From Octopus sinensis (lineage: Eukaryota): DNA of 64,000 bases. This document shows positions 1 to 14,028 of the stretch, piece by piece; position 1 is the first letter of the stretch; each line of letters begins with the position of its first letter. The notes beneath the pieces are model-generated. The model saw nothing but the letters and a program-made list of their open reading frames with translations. It was not told the DNA's origin and searched no databases. Made by a program: the position numbers and the translations under genes. Where the stretch lies: assembly GCF_006345805.1 (NCBI RefSeq), contig NC_042998.1, positions 168,702,001 through 168,766,000 of the forward strand. The letters are read 5' to 3'.

Positions 1-17
1 ATAAAAAGAGAAAATCT

Positions 18-510
18 AACCTCAACATAACTGGGATTGATTACAAGAAGACGTTCGATAGTATTCCACAGTCATGGATACTGGAGTCACTCCGGACAAA
101 TAAAGTAGCTCCAACACGACTAAAGTATATCAGCCATGATTTTGGCAAACTGCAAAACCAGCATAGCTGACAAAGAAATCAGAGTTAATTGCCCAGACAT
201 ACTAATCAAGTACTGGGGAAAAATCCCAGCTTATGGATAAACATTGCAATCCTTTCTGACCAAAATATATCCCCAAAAGAAGTGGAGAAGTTGTCAAAGT
301 ACAAAGATCTCGATATTGTAGTATTGAAGATGAAGGACATGAAGGTGAAATAATACCAGTAATAATTGAAGTATTAAGTATGATGAAAATAAAACGTATG
401 AAGAAAAACGTAGAACCTAAACCTGAACCCTCAACACTAGACATTATCCAAAAAAATGGCCCTGCTAGCAACAGATTACATCCTACGCAAGACACCATAA
501 AACAATTCAC
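18..510 (+). mobile_element. Decayed, internally deleted R4/Dong-clade (restriction-like endonuclease) LINE fragment
   Basis: From 18 it reads NLNITGIDYKKTFDSIPQSWILES (RT IDYKKAFDSVPHSW motif). It is then fused to endonuclease-like text DKEIRVNCPDILIK...EVEKLSKYKDL. Contains frameshifts and stops. Confidence 0.75.
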
Positions 511-855
511 AAACGCATGGCACACTCTATACAGTAAATATCCAACAAAATATACAACCCCCACAACATGTACCCTACAGTTCGGATACCCAGTAGAACA
601 CAACTAGCATTACACACACACAATACAAACATTAATACAATAGGCTCACGCGAAGGTCCGTAACAGAACAGACTGGTTTCACACAATACCGTGAAGAGTC
701 TGTACTCCCCAACAACAACAAAAAAGTAGGAAAGAGCAATGCTACAAACGCCTCAGCAGCACAGAGTGTAGCAGGAGATGCAGTAGAAATTTGTAGGAGA
801 CTATCAAATGTCGAATAATAACAGTAGCAGCAACAACAACAGCAATTATTATAAT

Positions 856-1403
856 CTTTTCTACTATAGGCACAAGACCTGACAATTTTGGGGAGGGGAC
901 ACGTTAATTACATCGACCCCATTGCGTAAGTGGTACGTATTTCATCGACCCCGTAAAGATGAAAGGCAAAGTCGACCTCGGCGGAATTTGAACTCAGAAC
1001 ATAGCGGCAGACGAAATACCTATTTCTTTACTACCCACAAGGGGCTAAACACAGAGGGGACAAACAAGGACAGACACACGAATCAAGTCGATTACATCGA
1101 CTCCGAAAGGATGAAAGGCAAAGTCGACCTCAGCGAAATTTGAACTCAGAATGTAGAGGTAGACGAAATACCTATTTCTTTACTACACACAAGGGACTAA
1201 ACACAGAGGAGACAAACAAGGACAGACAAACGGATTAAGTCGATTACATCGATCCCAGTGCGTAACTAGCACTTAATTTATCGACCCCGAAAGGATGAAA
1301 GGCAAAGTCGACCTCGGCAGAATTTGAACTCAGACGGTAACGGCAGACGAAATACGGCTACGCATTTCGCCCGGCGTGCTAACATTTCTGCCAGCTCGCC
1401 GCC
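856..1403 (-). mobile_element. tRNA-derived SINE (family 1) with internally triplicated body
   Basis: Minus strand starts GGCGGCGAGCTGGCAGAAATGTTAGC (A-box-like) and contains GAGTTCAAATTC (B-box). The core GAAAGGATGAAAGGCAAAGTCGACCTCGGCGGAATTTGAACTCAG occurs three times. The same family recurs many times in the window. Confidence 0.85.
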
Positions 1404-2599
1404 TTAAGAATAACAATAATGAGAAGAAGAACAAGAACAAGAAGACCAACAACAAGAACAACAACAACAACAACTACAACAACAATGATAATAATAACAA
1501 CGACAACAACTATAAGAAGTCAAAGTTTCAATTTCGAATATAACTATACATGAGTATTGATTCCGTTAAATTATCTAGGATCTTTTCTCATACACTCACT
1601 GAAGAATTCATCTCTGACAAAAAGTTTATTAGATGAATTGGCATACCTTTATTCACCAATTTTCTGAAGCACCGATCTTACTAAATTTTAGAACACCTTA
1701 AACATGCTCAGCTTAAACCCGCTGACACGATACACTCGATGTTTCTCTTGTATTCTCAGAGTAGTATTGATCTGATACCTGTACCATTCATGTTTTCTTT
1801 TCCTGATCTTTTTTCATACTAACGAATAAAATAATTCCAGTTCAATGTTTGCACGACATTTTATTTGGCCGTAAAATAAACGTATAAAATTTTAATGTTG
1901 CTACATGGTTTTCCAGACACATTTATTTAATAAAATACATCTTCACGGTAATATATTTAGATACAAATTATTTACAAAGCATCTAATATGTTAAATTCCC
2001 TACCAGATTTCTTTGTGAATTCTTTTATTTATTTACTTCTGAAAATGACAACCAAATGATTTGATATGTTTTCTAAAAGCAGTTGAGACTGATTCTAATC
2101 AACATTTTTTTTGTATAAAGACAAAGAAAACTGTACAGAAACTAAATTAGAGAGTCGAAACGTAATCCCTTTTACACATTTATTTTGAAATTGTAATTAT
2201 TTTCTTCCCAGATCAATATAAAGAAGTTAAAATAAGCTAACATTACGGCTACACGCTCTGAGATTTTCAAAACCTAAAGTTTAAAAGACAACTAAATATA
2301 TTAATGTCATTAGTATTAAAGTGTTTGTTGTATGTATGCGTGTGGATAAAATAGTTTTTCACTAAGGATAAAAACTTGTTCTTGGCTATTTTAGAACTCA
2401 TATTCTCATTAAGAGATGGATTCAGCCAGTTTATTTTTTTCCCGGTTCAGCATCCGGGTGTTGGTGAATTTTTCCTCGTAAACTAGCTTATTGCTAATTC
2501 CTCTTCTTGTCACTCAGACAGAAATATTTTTAAAATGTCTGAGGATAAGTCACTAATTGTTATACAGTTTGCAAGGTTCTTAATTATGCCTGAAGTACA

Positions 2600-3720
2600 A
2601 CTAAAGTTTTTGTGAATGCGCATGATTTTTCTAGCAGCATCCCTTCGTAATAATGCCTGCTTGTGGTTAAATCAAATGTAATCCGTAAAATGCTACATAC
2701 TGTAAGGTTTGTGTTGATGGAGATATTTATATCGAACTTTTTAATATCCCTACCAGATTTTAAGATTTTATCCATGGTGTGGTCGATCACGGTGTATGAT
2801 ATTACGAAAGTGACGCCTCTAAATTGCCTGGTGTTGTATAGATGTCTAGCTTGAAAAGTCTCACTAGATCTTTAGCCTCAGTACCATCGTTGTTATCCAT
2901 GGAGATGACAAATAGTGTGGCAAGCGTTCATTCTCACCCAGTTATCGAGGTCGCTGATAGTAAACGTTATCCTGAATTCGAGGACTTTCAAGGGAAGGGT
3001 TTTAGATAACGATAATTACAAGTAATGTATATCGAATTAGATGTACCTGAAGAATAGTTTGCATTCAATCTGGCGAAGCCACTAATCGTAAGGGTAATTG
3101 TGTCGAGAAGAAGTTTCTGGAGGAGTCTTAAAAACTCGCATTTAGAACAAGAGAAAATTTATGATCGCTAACCGTCATGTAGTGTTCGCGGAAAGCGATT
3201 TTCTGTTTGAATCTGAAAGGTTATTTCTTTCGTTTCTATGTTAAAGGTGTTAAAGGGAATGGGGGGTATATTTATGTTTTGTATACTTTGGTAAAATCAT
3301 TTGCCAGAAATGTAAAGTATGTAAGTTCATATGTAAGTTCATATGTTGCCTGCAAGTATGTGGGCATTGGAAGAGTTTTTTAAAGTTTTAAATAATTTTC
3401 AAGGGACTTTTGTTCAATAAATTGGTTTGATGTCAAAGCCCTACCGTTTTTCATCAAACTGATTAAGCAGATTCAAGTTTCTGAACTGAAAATTCCGTTT
3501 TCGCAGGGTATTTCAGTTGTGTCTATCTCCCAAAGGTGTTCCCTTCCCATTCGCACCATAACGTTTTCATTTCCGTTTTTGATTCGATAGTGTGTAATGC
3601 GTGGAGGTTTTAAAACCGTATTTGTATATTCTTCAAGGAGTTAAGGAGAAGGTAGATCTCTATCATGAAATGGTTGTCCTCGTTTCATAGGTAGGGCTTA
3701 AATGGATAGCAGCGGGTACA
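2600..3720 (-). mobile_element. Possible heavily decayed Penelope-like element remnant
   Basis: Only fragmentary resemblance on the minus strand: [13 protein letters not shown] (cf. Q..GV.MG.PLSP), NRFPR (cf. NGYP), SNSIYITC (cf. GIY-YIG SNVIY..TC) and IDHTMDKIL. No open frame. Confidence 0.25.
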
Positions 3721-3772
3721 CGTTTTTGTTTACAAACGAAAGGAATGTATTCAATACATAATGTAGAATGTT

Positions 3773-3775
3773 ATG

Positions 3776-3851
<76 letters not shown>

Positions 3852-3854
3852 GTA

Positions 3855-3890
<36 letters not shown>

Positions 3891-3904
3891 TGTATGTATG
3901 TATG

Positions 3905-3949
<45 letters not shown>
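3773..3949. repeat. Compound (TA)n/(TATG)n microsatellite
   Basis: Directly visible; explains the YIYI/MYVC ORFs. Confidence 0.95.
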
Positions 3950-3952
<3 letters not shown>

Positions 3953-4861
3953 AAAAGATGTCTGACTGATGCAACATGTAAATTCATTTGTGTCGGGATT
4001 ATATTTCGAACAGGTGAACTAAATGGATTATTTTACCTAAAGAAATGCAACTAATGATGAAATCATTCTCATCTTAGACAAAAGATTTTTTTCTGTAAAT
4101 TAAGAGTTTGTGATAATAGAAAATAATACAATAATGAAGCACAGTTTGTTAACACTTTCAAAACCATTACATATGTACATCAAGAGTGGAGAGAAGCTCA
4201 TGAAAAATGTTTTTGAATGTAATTCTTTAAAAGATCACATTGTATAATTTTAAATTCCAACAAAAGCACAAAAATAATTTTACAATTTCATTTAGCACCA
4301 TACACAATTTGACTCAAATTTAATGATCTACGGTAAGTGCTTTATAGTAAAACTCAAATGTGTTATCAACAATATGACTACATCGATAATGTGTCTAGAT
4401 TTACTGTTTAGCTGTCATCTATGATCCTCAGAAATGCCAAACAGTGAATTTTTTTTTTTTTTTTGTTAAAATTCATTATTGTATCTTTCAGTATTCAAAT
4501 ATAAATTGATTTCTGCTAAAAGAAGCATTCTAACGAATAAAAAAATAATTTTGCTAAAGTTTTAGTCAAAAGCCATAATTTAAGGTAATATGAAATTTAT
4601 ATAAAATATAAATCAACAAATTTTATTTTTCTTAAAACATATTTCTATGTGTTGGGTAAACATCTTGACATAACTAGATTGGAAAAAATTTGCACTTGAT
4701 GGCATACCCGTAAAAATAGCATAGCAGAAAAAGGTTAACAGCTTCAATTGAAATCATATTTGAATGATAGTGCAAAGTTATTGTAAGATTTGTAGACGCC
4801 AATTGTCACTATTTTTACACGTTATTACAACTTAGCTATACTGAATTACTGAATTATATAG

Positions 4862-4866
4862 ATATA

Positions 4867-4902
<36 letters not shown>

Positions 4903-5000
4903 TGTCTGTATACATATATCTATCTATCTATCTGTCTGTCTATCTATATCTATATCTATCTGTCTATCTACCTATCTATATATATATATATATATATATA

Positions 5001-5077
<77 letters not shown>

Positions 5078-5085
5078 TATATATG
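4862..5085. repeat. Compound (TG)n/(TCTA)n/(TA)n/(TACA)n microsatellite
   Basis: Directly visible. Confidence 0.95.
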
Positions 5086-6317
5086 TACTATGTACCAATG
5101 TACATCTATTTGAGGTTTTCTGTTGGAATGGACTGAAATTGTATAAGAACCTCACATCAAACTTTTTCATACTAAAGAATTTTTCTTACTCTCTATAACT
5201 CACGTATTTTTTAACGATGTTGGAATTGAATTTATGATATATATTTCTTATTTCCCTATTGGTGTGTAATGCCAATTTTTTAAAATACTTTTGATTGATA
5301 ATATTATCAGACTATCATTTAATAACTCGGCTAATTACTTTACCAGATGAATTCCATTATTTTTACCTAAACTTTTAGTTTTATATCGCTTTCCCTTGTC
5401 CGCAAAGCCATTCTCACGTCCGGAAGTTTATGAAAATTGATTATCAAATGGAAATGTCCAGTGACACAAATTTCTAAGTTTTAACTCTCTCCTTTGTTAA
5501 CGATACTATTTCAATATATTTAAAATACAATACATAATTCAGAGGAAGATAAATTCAATATTATTCACAGAAGAAAAAACTTTAAAACGATTAAATCACA
5601 ATTTTGAAAGAATATGTAATACTTGATCAAAGTTTTTCGTAAAAACATAAACAAACCCCCAACTTTTATAAGAAAAGCAAAAATGTCCAAAATTCTATTC
5701 TTTAAGTTTTATACAATCAATTTCTGAGGTTAAATATATTTACATTTTGTTTGGGAATGTAGATTTTTTATGCACATTTTCATGTGTGTCCGTCGGTATA
5801 AATAAACGCGTGACCGCATTTATACAATAATATTTGTAATCACGTATTTGTTTCATCTTTGACTGCTGTGTTTAGTTAAAGTGACAAATGTGTTTCAATA
5901 TGTTGACATATATGAGTTTATGTATAATTAAATCTCATCTTTGTAAATCAAACAATATATACATTTTTCATAGCTTTGCAAGCAAAATTTCATGTACTAT
6001 AGACAAATTATTATATACAGCCTCAAAATATTAAAATATTCAGGTTAAATTTTCCTTTGACACGAGTGGGATAATTGTTTATATGAGAAATACATATTCA
6101 AATTAAAGATATTTGACTCATATTATTGAACTTTTAGCCAGTATAATATCAGTAAGCAGATTTGAGTAGTAATGAAATCTTTCAGAGTGATAAAGATGTG
6201 GAAACAGCATCACTTTATCAGATTATCCTATCAGGAGAAGAGTTGTCAATATTATGAATAGCTCATCTGATAACTGACGGCTCCACTACTACATTATATA
6301 TATATATATATATATAT

Positions 6318-6484
6318 GATTCATCTGAGATACCCTTAGTGTTATACGTATTTCTTCTGCTTACAATATTTGATAATCTAATCTTTGATTAATGATGATA
6401 TAAGGAAAGTGGATACTGAAGCGTATCATGTATCATGTATGTCAGTTGTCAAATAGCTTTAAGTTGTTAATTATAAATATATAT

Positions 6485-6534
<50 letters not shown>

Positions 6535-6691
6535 ATATATGATTCATCTAAGATACTTTTAGCGTTATCCGTATTTCTTCCGCCTACAATATTTGATACT
6601 CTAATCTTTGGTTAGTGAAGATATGCGAAAAGTTGATAGTGAATCGTATCGTCTGTATCAGTTGTCAAATACCTTTCAGTTGTTAATTATA
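6318..6691. repeat. Two ~155-bp diverged direct repeats, each preceded by (TA)n
   Basis: GATTCATCT.AGATAC...TCAGTTGTCAAATA.CTTT.AGTTGTTAATTATA occurs at 6318-6475 and 6541-6691. Confidence 0.85.
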
Positions 6692-7847
6692 CTGATAATA
6701 TATTGGTGGTTCTGTATTGATTATTGTTTACTGTTCATTAGTATTTATAATTGAATATTGTTTCTGTTTGTGTGACATAAACATATATTGTAATATATAT
6801 TATGTTGATATTGTGTAATTAATTTGTATGATGGGCTTATGTGTTCATGTCTTTATAACATGCTAACATTGTGTTTACAAAACAAATTCAACGTACAAAT
6901 TCAATATGCTGCATATTGAATTTTTGTGATTATAGTATTTTGAGATACTCTTTAAGATATGTTTGTACTGTCTGTAGTTATTAACAAAGAAATATTATGC
7001 ACTTCTATTGTGTTGTTGATTTTGTTTTGTAAAGCCATAAATTGTTTAGATTACGTTTATTAAAAATAATAATATAATTGAAAAAGTAAAAACATTTTAT
7101 AATACAAATATATAAACATGTTAGTAACCAACTTCTTTTCAGGAGAAAATAATGGTAAATTAATTGTTCCACATTTCTTTGAATAATCTCTGGTGATCCT
7201 CAAAAACCAAGCAAAAGTAATTTATCACAATAACTATTAAAACAATTATTTTTCTTCCAAATTTTCTCAGTTGATTTTTGGTATTTACATCTTCGAAATA
7301 AAGATTTCTGGTAGTGACACTTCAAAGTTTAAAATACAGTATTTATTTGTTTAAAGGTACAAACAGTTTAAACTATAATTAAGTTTTGAGAGATATTAAT
7401 TAACAATATATTAATAGTTGTTTATTTAAATTCAAACTTATAATCGAGGTTAGCTGGAAAATGTTGTCCTGATGTTCAGAAGATTGTAATATACCATCTC
7501 TAATACCTACAGTTGTATGATCACCGGGGATGTGGTTCACGACTATCATATAGAATGTCTTATAGTCGTTCAGTCACAATCTTATTTATACACTCTGTAT
7601 AAAAGTAAGGAGGATTTATTCAATATAAAATCGAAAAGTTTTGTTCCTCCTCACGCTAATCTCAAAATTGTTTACGTATTTGCTCAAGAAGGACCTAATG
7701 TTGCTGCTTATGTGTTTCGAAAACAAAATCTGGTAATTGTGATAACTTTAATTCTAGTATAACTTATGCTGCAAATAATAAGGCTTGTTATTGTAGACTT
7801 GAAACTCTTAATTACGTATTAATTCACCGACAAAAACTACTACTGTC

Positions 7848-7879
<32 letters not shown>

Positions 7880-7925
7880 CCTCGACGATGATGATGGTGA
7901 TGATGATCTTGATTGATGTGATGGT
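7848..7925. repeat. (GAT)n microsatellite
   Basis: Directly visible. Confidence 0.9.
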
Positions 7926-9764
7926 GGAGATAATAGATTGGAATAAATACAATTCCTGTAAAAGCTCTTTGTTGAATGAAATTAATACCTATATGCATAC
8001 GAATACGCCAATACACACATATATACATACACATATATAGATATTTAACACACACATAAAACACACACTCACTAACACACAAATACGCGTGCACACACAC
8101 ACGTACACACAGATATATACACACAAATACACTGACAGACAGTAGAGTCTTTAAATCCGGTGTATGAGACAGTTCTTGGAAAAGAATTCAGTTTCATTTT
8201 AATCTGATATTTTGATGAACACTACTGGATTGTTTTAAAATAAGGAAAAAAGCAAAAACTCTCAAACTTAATACCGTTGCCTGTAGCGATGTTTTATGAT
8301 TTTAGACAATATTGATTTGCTACTAGAATAAATCCACAAATTTAACAGATAAGGAGATGAAATTATATAACATTCATTCTTTTTTGATTTGCTTTTATGT
8401 GTGAGTGAAATTTTCTTTCCTATGCAGTACAACTATATTTGAATCAAAATTAATCGAAAGCATATAATAATTCCTGCTTGGAAGGTTTGAAAATATTCAT
8501 ATCTTACACTGGCGCAAATTTGTGTATTTGTAAGGTGATTAACTCATTGGATTTGATCCATGTATATCTATTAATTGAAAGTAAAACTAGTTTATGCTAC
8601 TCCGCTGTGCTTTTGAATTTCAAAAATTTTAGAAGTTATAGAGTGACAATTTAAAATTACTGTGTCGCCGAAACAAATTTCAGAATTCGAAATTCAGGTT
8701 TGAATTCATGGTTCATTTTAACATGTTTCCATGAACTGGTAGGAATAAATTAGTAATTCAATCACACGGAAACACATGTTAAAGTAACACACCTGCAAAT
8801 ATAGATATATTGTACAGCTAGAAGGAGAAGGAAAAGGAGAGGGAGACTAGGAAGTTGTAGTCAAACTCATGCGATGGACGGCTTTCTTCTGTGATACAGC
8901 TATTCAGATGTTTCTTCAGGTTAGAAAATAAGAACTGCCTGCAACAATCAAGCACATAGAATTTTTAATGCGACTCTTTAGATATGTGATACACAAATAA
9001 GAATATAAATGTATCACAAAACCTACATAAATTTCAACTTATTAAGAAATAACCCCAAAATTTACACTTTCAAATAAAACAAAGGAAACGTTGTGAAGTA
9101 TTAAATGGTTTTCAAAAGCCTAAACAATATTAGCAGAAAAATCTCAGAACTAATATCGAATGAAGAAATTTTCTTCAAACTTGCATCCTAATGTGATAAA
9201 GCACTGAAAACTAGTGAATTCAAAGATGATATTAAGTGCACTGCTAAACACTCCACCATACGCTAACAAGGAAAGTCGCTACAATATTATTTGCCATATA
9301 ACTTTTTTATTATTAAAGATTACATTTAACATACTTAAAGATTTCCTAGCTTTGAAACAGCTTCCGCCTCTTACTCGCCAATGTAGGATATTAAGCAATA
9401 AATAAAACTAAAATTCAATCATAGCTCTACTACAAGTATAAAAAAAGCTAAATAACGAGTAATCCCACAAAAATAACTGCTAATGATATCTGCATACCCC
9501 ACAATATAAATGCATGTTTGTATTCGTTGAAGCACTATAGAAGTAATTAGCAACCGCTTGATATCAATACCGAAAGCAAGTTTAAACATAGTGTATAGAT
9601 ATAATATAGGTATCGTGAAGGTAAATTCAAAGACAATTCAACCACAATTCTTTCTTTAGGAGCATAAAAAATCGGAATATAAGAAAACTAATTATGTTTT
9701 GGACCTCAAAAAATGCGTTGCAACACTCACCAGAAAGTTTGTGACCAACGGAATATATAATTTA

Positions 9765-10080
9765 TACAAAATGGTACAAAAAGAGACGAAAACAACTGCA
9801 CACTATTCAATCTGAGATCATAAATGATTAACATACGTCGTCCCTGCGATAAATATTTGCTAAAAAAACTGATAAGTCATGATTTCATATAGTTAAGAGC
9901 CCTGATAACAATTTTTCCCAACCGACCTCTTCTCTCTTAGCTGTAGCTATTTAATATAATGGATTGCTTCATTAACTATATGAAATCAGTTTTTTAGCAA
10001 ATATTTATCGCAAGGACGACGTATATCAATGACTTCTGATCTCAGATTGAATAGTGCAGAGTTGCTTTTGTACCATTGTA
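9765..10080. mobile_element. Foldback MITE with ~110-130-bp terminal inverted repeats and TA flanks (Tc1/mariner-type)
   Basis: Left arm 9765-9896 (TACAAAATGGTACAAAA...CACTATTCAATCTGAGATCA...ATACGTCGTCCCTGCGATAAATATTTGCTAAAAAAACTGAT...TTTCATATAGTTAA) matches the reverse complement of 9972-10080. Spacer ~75 bp; the element begins and ends with TA. Confidence 0.8.
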
Positions 10081-11340
10081 TCCCAACTCTTCAACTATGT
10101 TATTGTTAGCTAGCCCACAGGACAAAGCTCGCCCTAAAACTATATTTAACGAATATATCTAATTCTGGTGCACTTGTAACCGGAATTACTAACACTACTA
10201 GATATTTTACTTAATAATATATACTTTGAATATACATTTATATCAACTGAGTTCAACTCTAACTTTTATACTTTCCTTAGTGTTATTATAAAGCTTAGGC
10301 TTTATTCCTTATACTTTTTCCCATCCGATTTCCCTTCTCTTGAATTCAACAGCTGAGTATAATGAATTATCTCCCAACTAGATACAATAGCAATATCTAT
10401 TGTATCTGAATTCTTCCACCTTGTTAATTTTAGCCAGCTCAAGTGATATAATTCGGTCCCAAACTAGTATGCAACGAGTTTAGTCTTCTCTCTTAACTTA
10501 TTCGCGTCAACGAGTAAGTGAAATTACTAACATTATTAAATATGTCATTCTATATCATGTACTCAGTACTCTGATAATCTTTGTGCACTCTTCACACCCG
10601 CACATTTACATAGATAAATATGGAATGTATGTATATATGCGTGAACATGTAATATGCACCTGAAAAACATGAAAAGTAGTTATAAATATGAAATCCCTTG
10701 TATCTAAGAGAGTACCTTTATGTCATAGATACAACGAATATAATAATTCCTCTCTTCCTTATCCCTTTCTTCCTATTTATTTCTCGGATTTTTTCCAACT
10801 ATGTTGCCAGCATCTGAAAGGACTGAATACAAAACAGCATAACTTTTGATTGAATACAAAACAATATATAAAATTACTTTTGGTGGTATTCATTAGCAGT
10901 AATCTCTTCTTGTACCAGCCTTGAAAGTACAAAGCAAAAAGTTAGTCAGCTTGTTGTTTGGGGTTTTGTTTCACTTTAGAAATATTTGTTTTCAATGCCA
11001 ATAAACCTATTGACTTTTGCATTATTAATATATCTACTTCATTTATAGCTAACATCTGATAAATTGATTTCTTACTATCAAGTTTGAAAGCTAAATCATA
11101 ATACACTTCAAATATTAATAAAATGAAGATAAAACTCTAAAAGCCTAGAAAAAAAATTGATTATGTGCTATCCGTATGAAGAAATATATCTGATAATGTG
11201 TTACTAAAATTGACAACGTCTCTTTGTGGAAAACACATTTATATTCTAATTTAGTGCATTCTTCAATCATAGCTTCCTAATTTATTTCATCATTGAAGCG
11301 ATTTTTATACAGTTTATTGATAATATAGTTCAGAGTCTAA

Positions 11341-11503
11341 GGAATACTAAGGTGGGGCATTCATCTTTAATAGAGGCTGTTCCCAACTGATGTAACGAGT
11401 TGGAGACAAGTCATGAAACGGACTCCTAAGTGATCCAATCCGTCACTACCGAGAAATGCTCGAAGCTTCCGATAAATTAAATGAATGCCCTAGTTAATAT
11501 TCC
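11341..11503. mobile_element. Candidate small MITE
   Basis: GGGCATTCAT(C)TTTAAT at 11355-11371 is inverted to ATTAAATGAATGCCC at 11476-11490. There is an outer imperfect IR, GGAATACTAA / TTAATATTCC. Confidence 0.45.
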
Positions 11504-12466
11504 CAATAAAATACATTCCACTTGAAGTCACTGAAGTTCTTCCATCGAAATTACACAATATCCTTTTATCACTTCTGTAAATTTGGAGGTATTCAAACGG
11601 TTTAAAATGATTTGCAGAATTTCATTATCAAGCTGATATGGATGCTGCAATAATTTATCAGGGTAATTTTAAATCAAATTAAATGAAGAATTAAACGCGA
11701 AAGTGACGACAGCAAAATTATCAACAATATATACTTTTATTGGATCAAAACGATGAAACTTGTATTTCTCCAAGAATTAACCGCCGAATAATTGTCAGAT
11801 CACACCGTAACCTTAAACAAAAAGAACTACCTACTCAACAAAGTAATTGTAGTCACACTGTATCTGGAATATATTATAGGTTGGTAACGGTTCGAAACTA
11901 TTTGTTGGCAGGTTTGATCAATCAGCTCTGACATAAAGCTATTAACGAAATGTCTGTAAATCAGTTACACGAATGAGATAGAATTTCTAGGCAAATCACT
12001 CATTAGCAGAAGAGACGATGTTATAACTTCTGGCAGAGTTTGGTTTAATTTTCAGCTAATTCAAATTTAAGTAATTCATGGATTAGAGTCAGTTTGAACA
12101 TTGCCAAAATGATAGGGATTAGCATATGCAAATGTAAGAACGTATACAGAATTTGCATGTATGACCTACACTACACAATGTATATTAAAATATATTCATA
12201 TGCATACAAATTGGTGCAGACATCGTTAACTACACACATACGCATATAGATATGTATGTGTGTGTGAGTGTGCGTATCTATCTGTATGTGTGTAAATGTA
12301 TATATATATATATATATACATACACATACACACACAAATGTATACACATAGGGAATAACTTTAGAGTTTTAAAATTATGCACCAGGTTTGATAGTAAGTA
12401 AAGGTAATCATCCTATTATTCTCTCTAGCATAGAATTGAATAATGACACACTGAAAATTTAACATA

Positions 12467-12506
<40 letters not shown>

Positions 12507-14028
12507 AACACTGGTATTACTATGCGGTTCTATGCTTTACACCCCATGCACTTTCATACAATGCATTCTAAAACAATCTGTGGTTCTATATATGTATATA
12601 TATCTGGGCTTTCTCTTTCACTCTCTCTCTCTCTCCCTCTCTCTTTCTGTGAGAGACAAACAGATAGATAGACAGAGAGAGAGAGAGTGTGTGTGTGTAT
12701 GTGTGGATTTGTATATATTTATGTATACGAATGCTTAGTTCTAAGTAACAAGCTTTCCAGAAGTTCCAAATAAGGCTTGTTACCACTGGATAAATGAAAC
12801 TCCTTCTCATCGGTTGATTTATATCATAGAGTGGAATAGCTAATATCGACTGCCAGTGGACTGTTACAGGAAGAGCCACTGCTGGCTAGCTTCTGACTGC
12901 TAATGGGTAAGTCTGCTACGACTAACGGTGGTATCATAAACTGCAGATTGCTCTAACAGAAAAAAAAATTATATATACCTACAGTCTTAACCAAAGACTA
13001 CCGAAAACTGACCGGGATTCATACCCAGATACGATTTTACGATATATGTATGTGATTCTCTCTTTCTCTCTCTCTCTCTGTCAGTCTCTCTCTCTCTCTT
13101 TCTCACTCTCTCCCTCTGCCTGTCTGTCTCTCTCTCTCTTTCTGTCTCTCACAGAGAGGGTGTGTGTGTGTGTGTGAATTCGTATATGTAATTTCAATTC
13201 GTTGGTGGTAATCCAAGGAAGTTTACAGGTCTCACAGCCAATGACTTCAAGAGAAGCTTTACTCAGCATATGCGCTCCTTCAGGCCATAAGTTTTACCCC
13301 ATATATCATAAGATTAAATTTGCCCCTCAAGAACAAGTGCCGTCTATTTAACATACTTTCACACGTACACGCACACCCGCATATACCCCCACACACACAC
13401 ACACATACACATGCATCTAATAAAGTTCGTTCAGAAGACTTCGACCCCAATTATGGTAGAAGATATTTCCTTAAGATGCAACACATCTAGCGATGGCCCA
13501 CATCATTGCGAAGCGAACTTTATAACCACATATACTTTATCAGCGTCTCTGTTGCTATGCAAAATTTGAAACTTGTCAAAAGGTTTCATTTGAATAGAGT
13601 ATATTCATGATTAACGAGACTGGAATAATTATCTCTGGAGTCACCACGTGCGACTTTCATGTGGTGCTCTGTAATATACACTCTCTCCATTCACACAGTC
13701 TTATACGCATTCACACAATCCAAACTCGTATCCTGCCACTTAATGAGAGATTGAACGATGCTTAATATTCGTGCCAGTAACAGCAAATAATTATTCGAAA
13801 CACAACTACTGATAATGAAACTCTTTAATAAATGACAATAATTGATTATTAAATATACCATTAAGATATTCTTCTTACCTCCACAATATTTTTTATTTTA
13901 CTTGCAACTAATAAATAAAACTGTCCAAGTTCAAGCTAGGCTGCAAACCTGATGATGGATTTGTCACTAGTGAACTCAAAGAAATGTAGTTCACTTGCCG
14001 TCGTCATCAACGCCATTGCTATTACCAC

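Noticed and set aside
856-1403. Repeat-spacer-like pattern resembling a CRISPR array
   Set aside because: The spacers are themselves repeated SINE sequence, units are 150-180 bp, the context is eukaryotic and there are no cas genes.
13638-13669. Hairpin GAG-T-CACCACGTG / CATGTGGTG-CTC
   Set aside because: Only ~12 bp; too short for a pre-miRNA and expected occasionally by chance.
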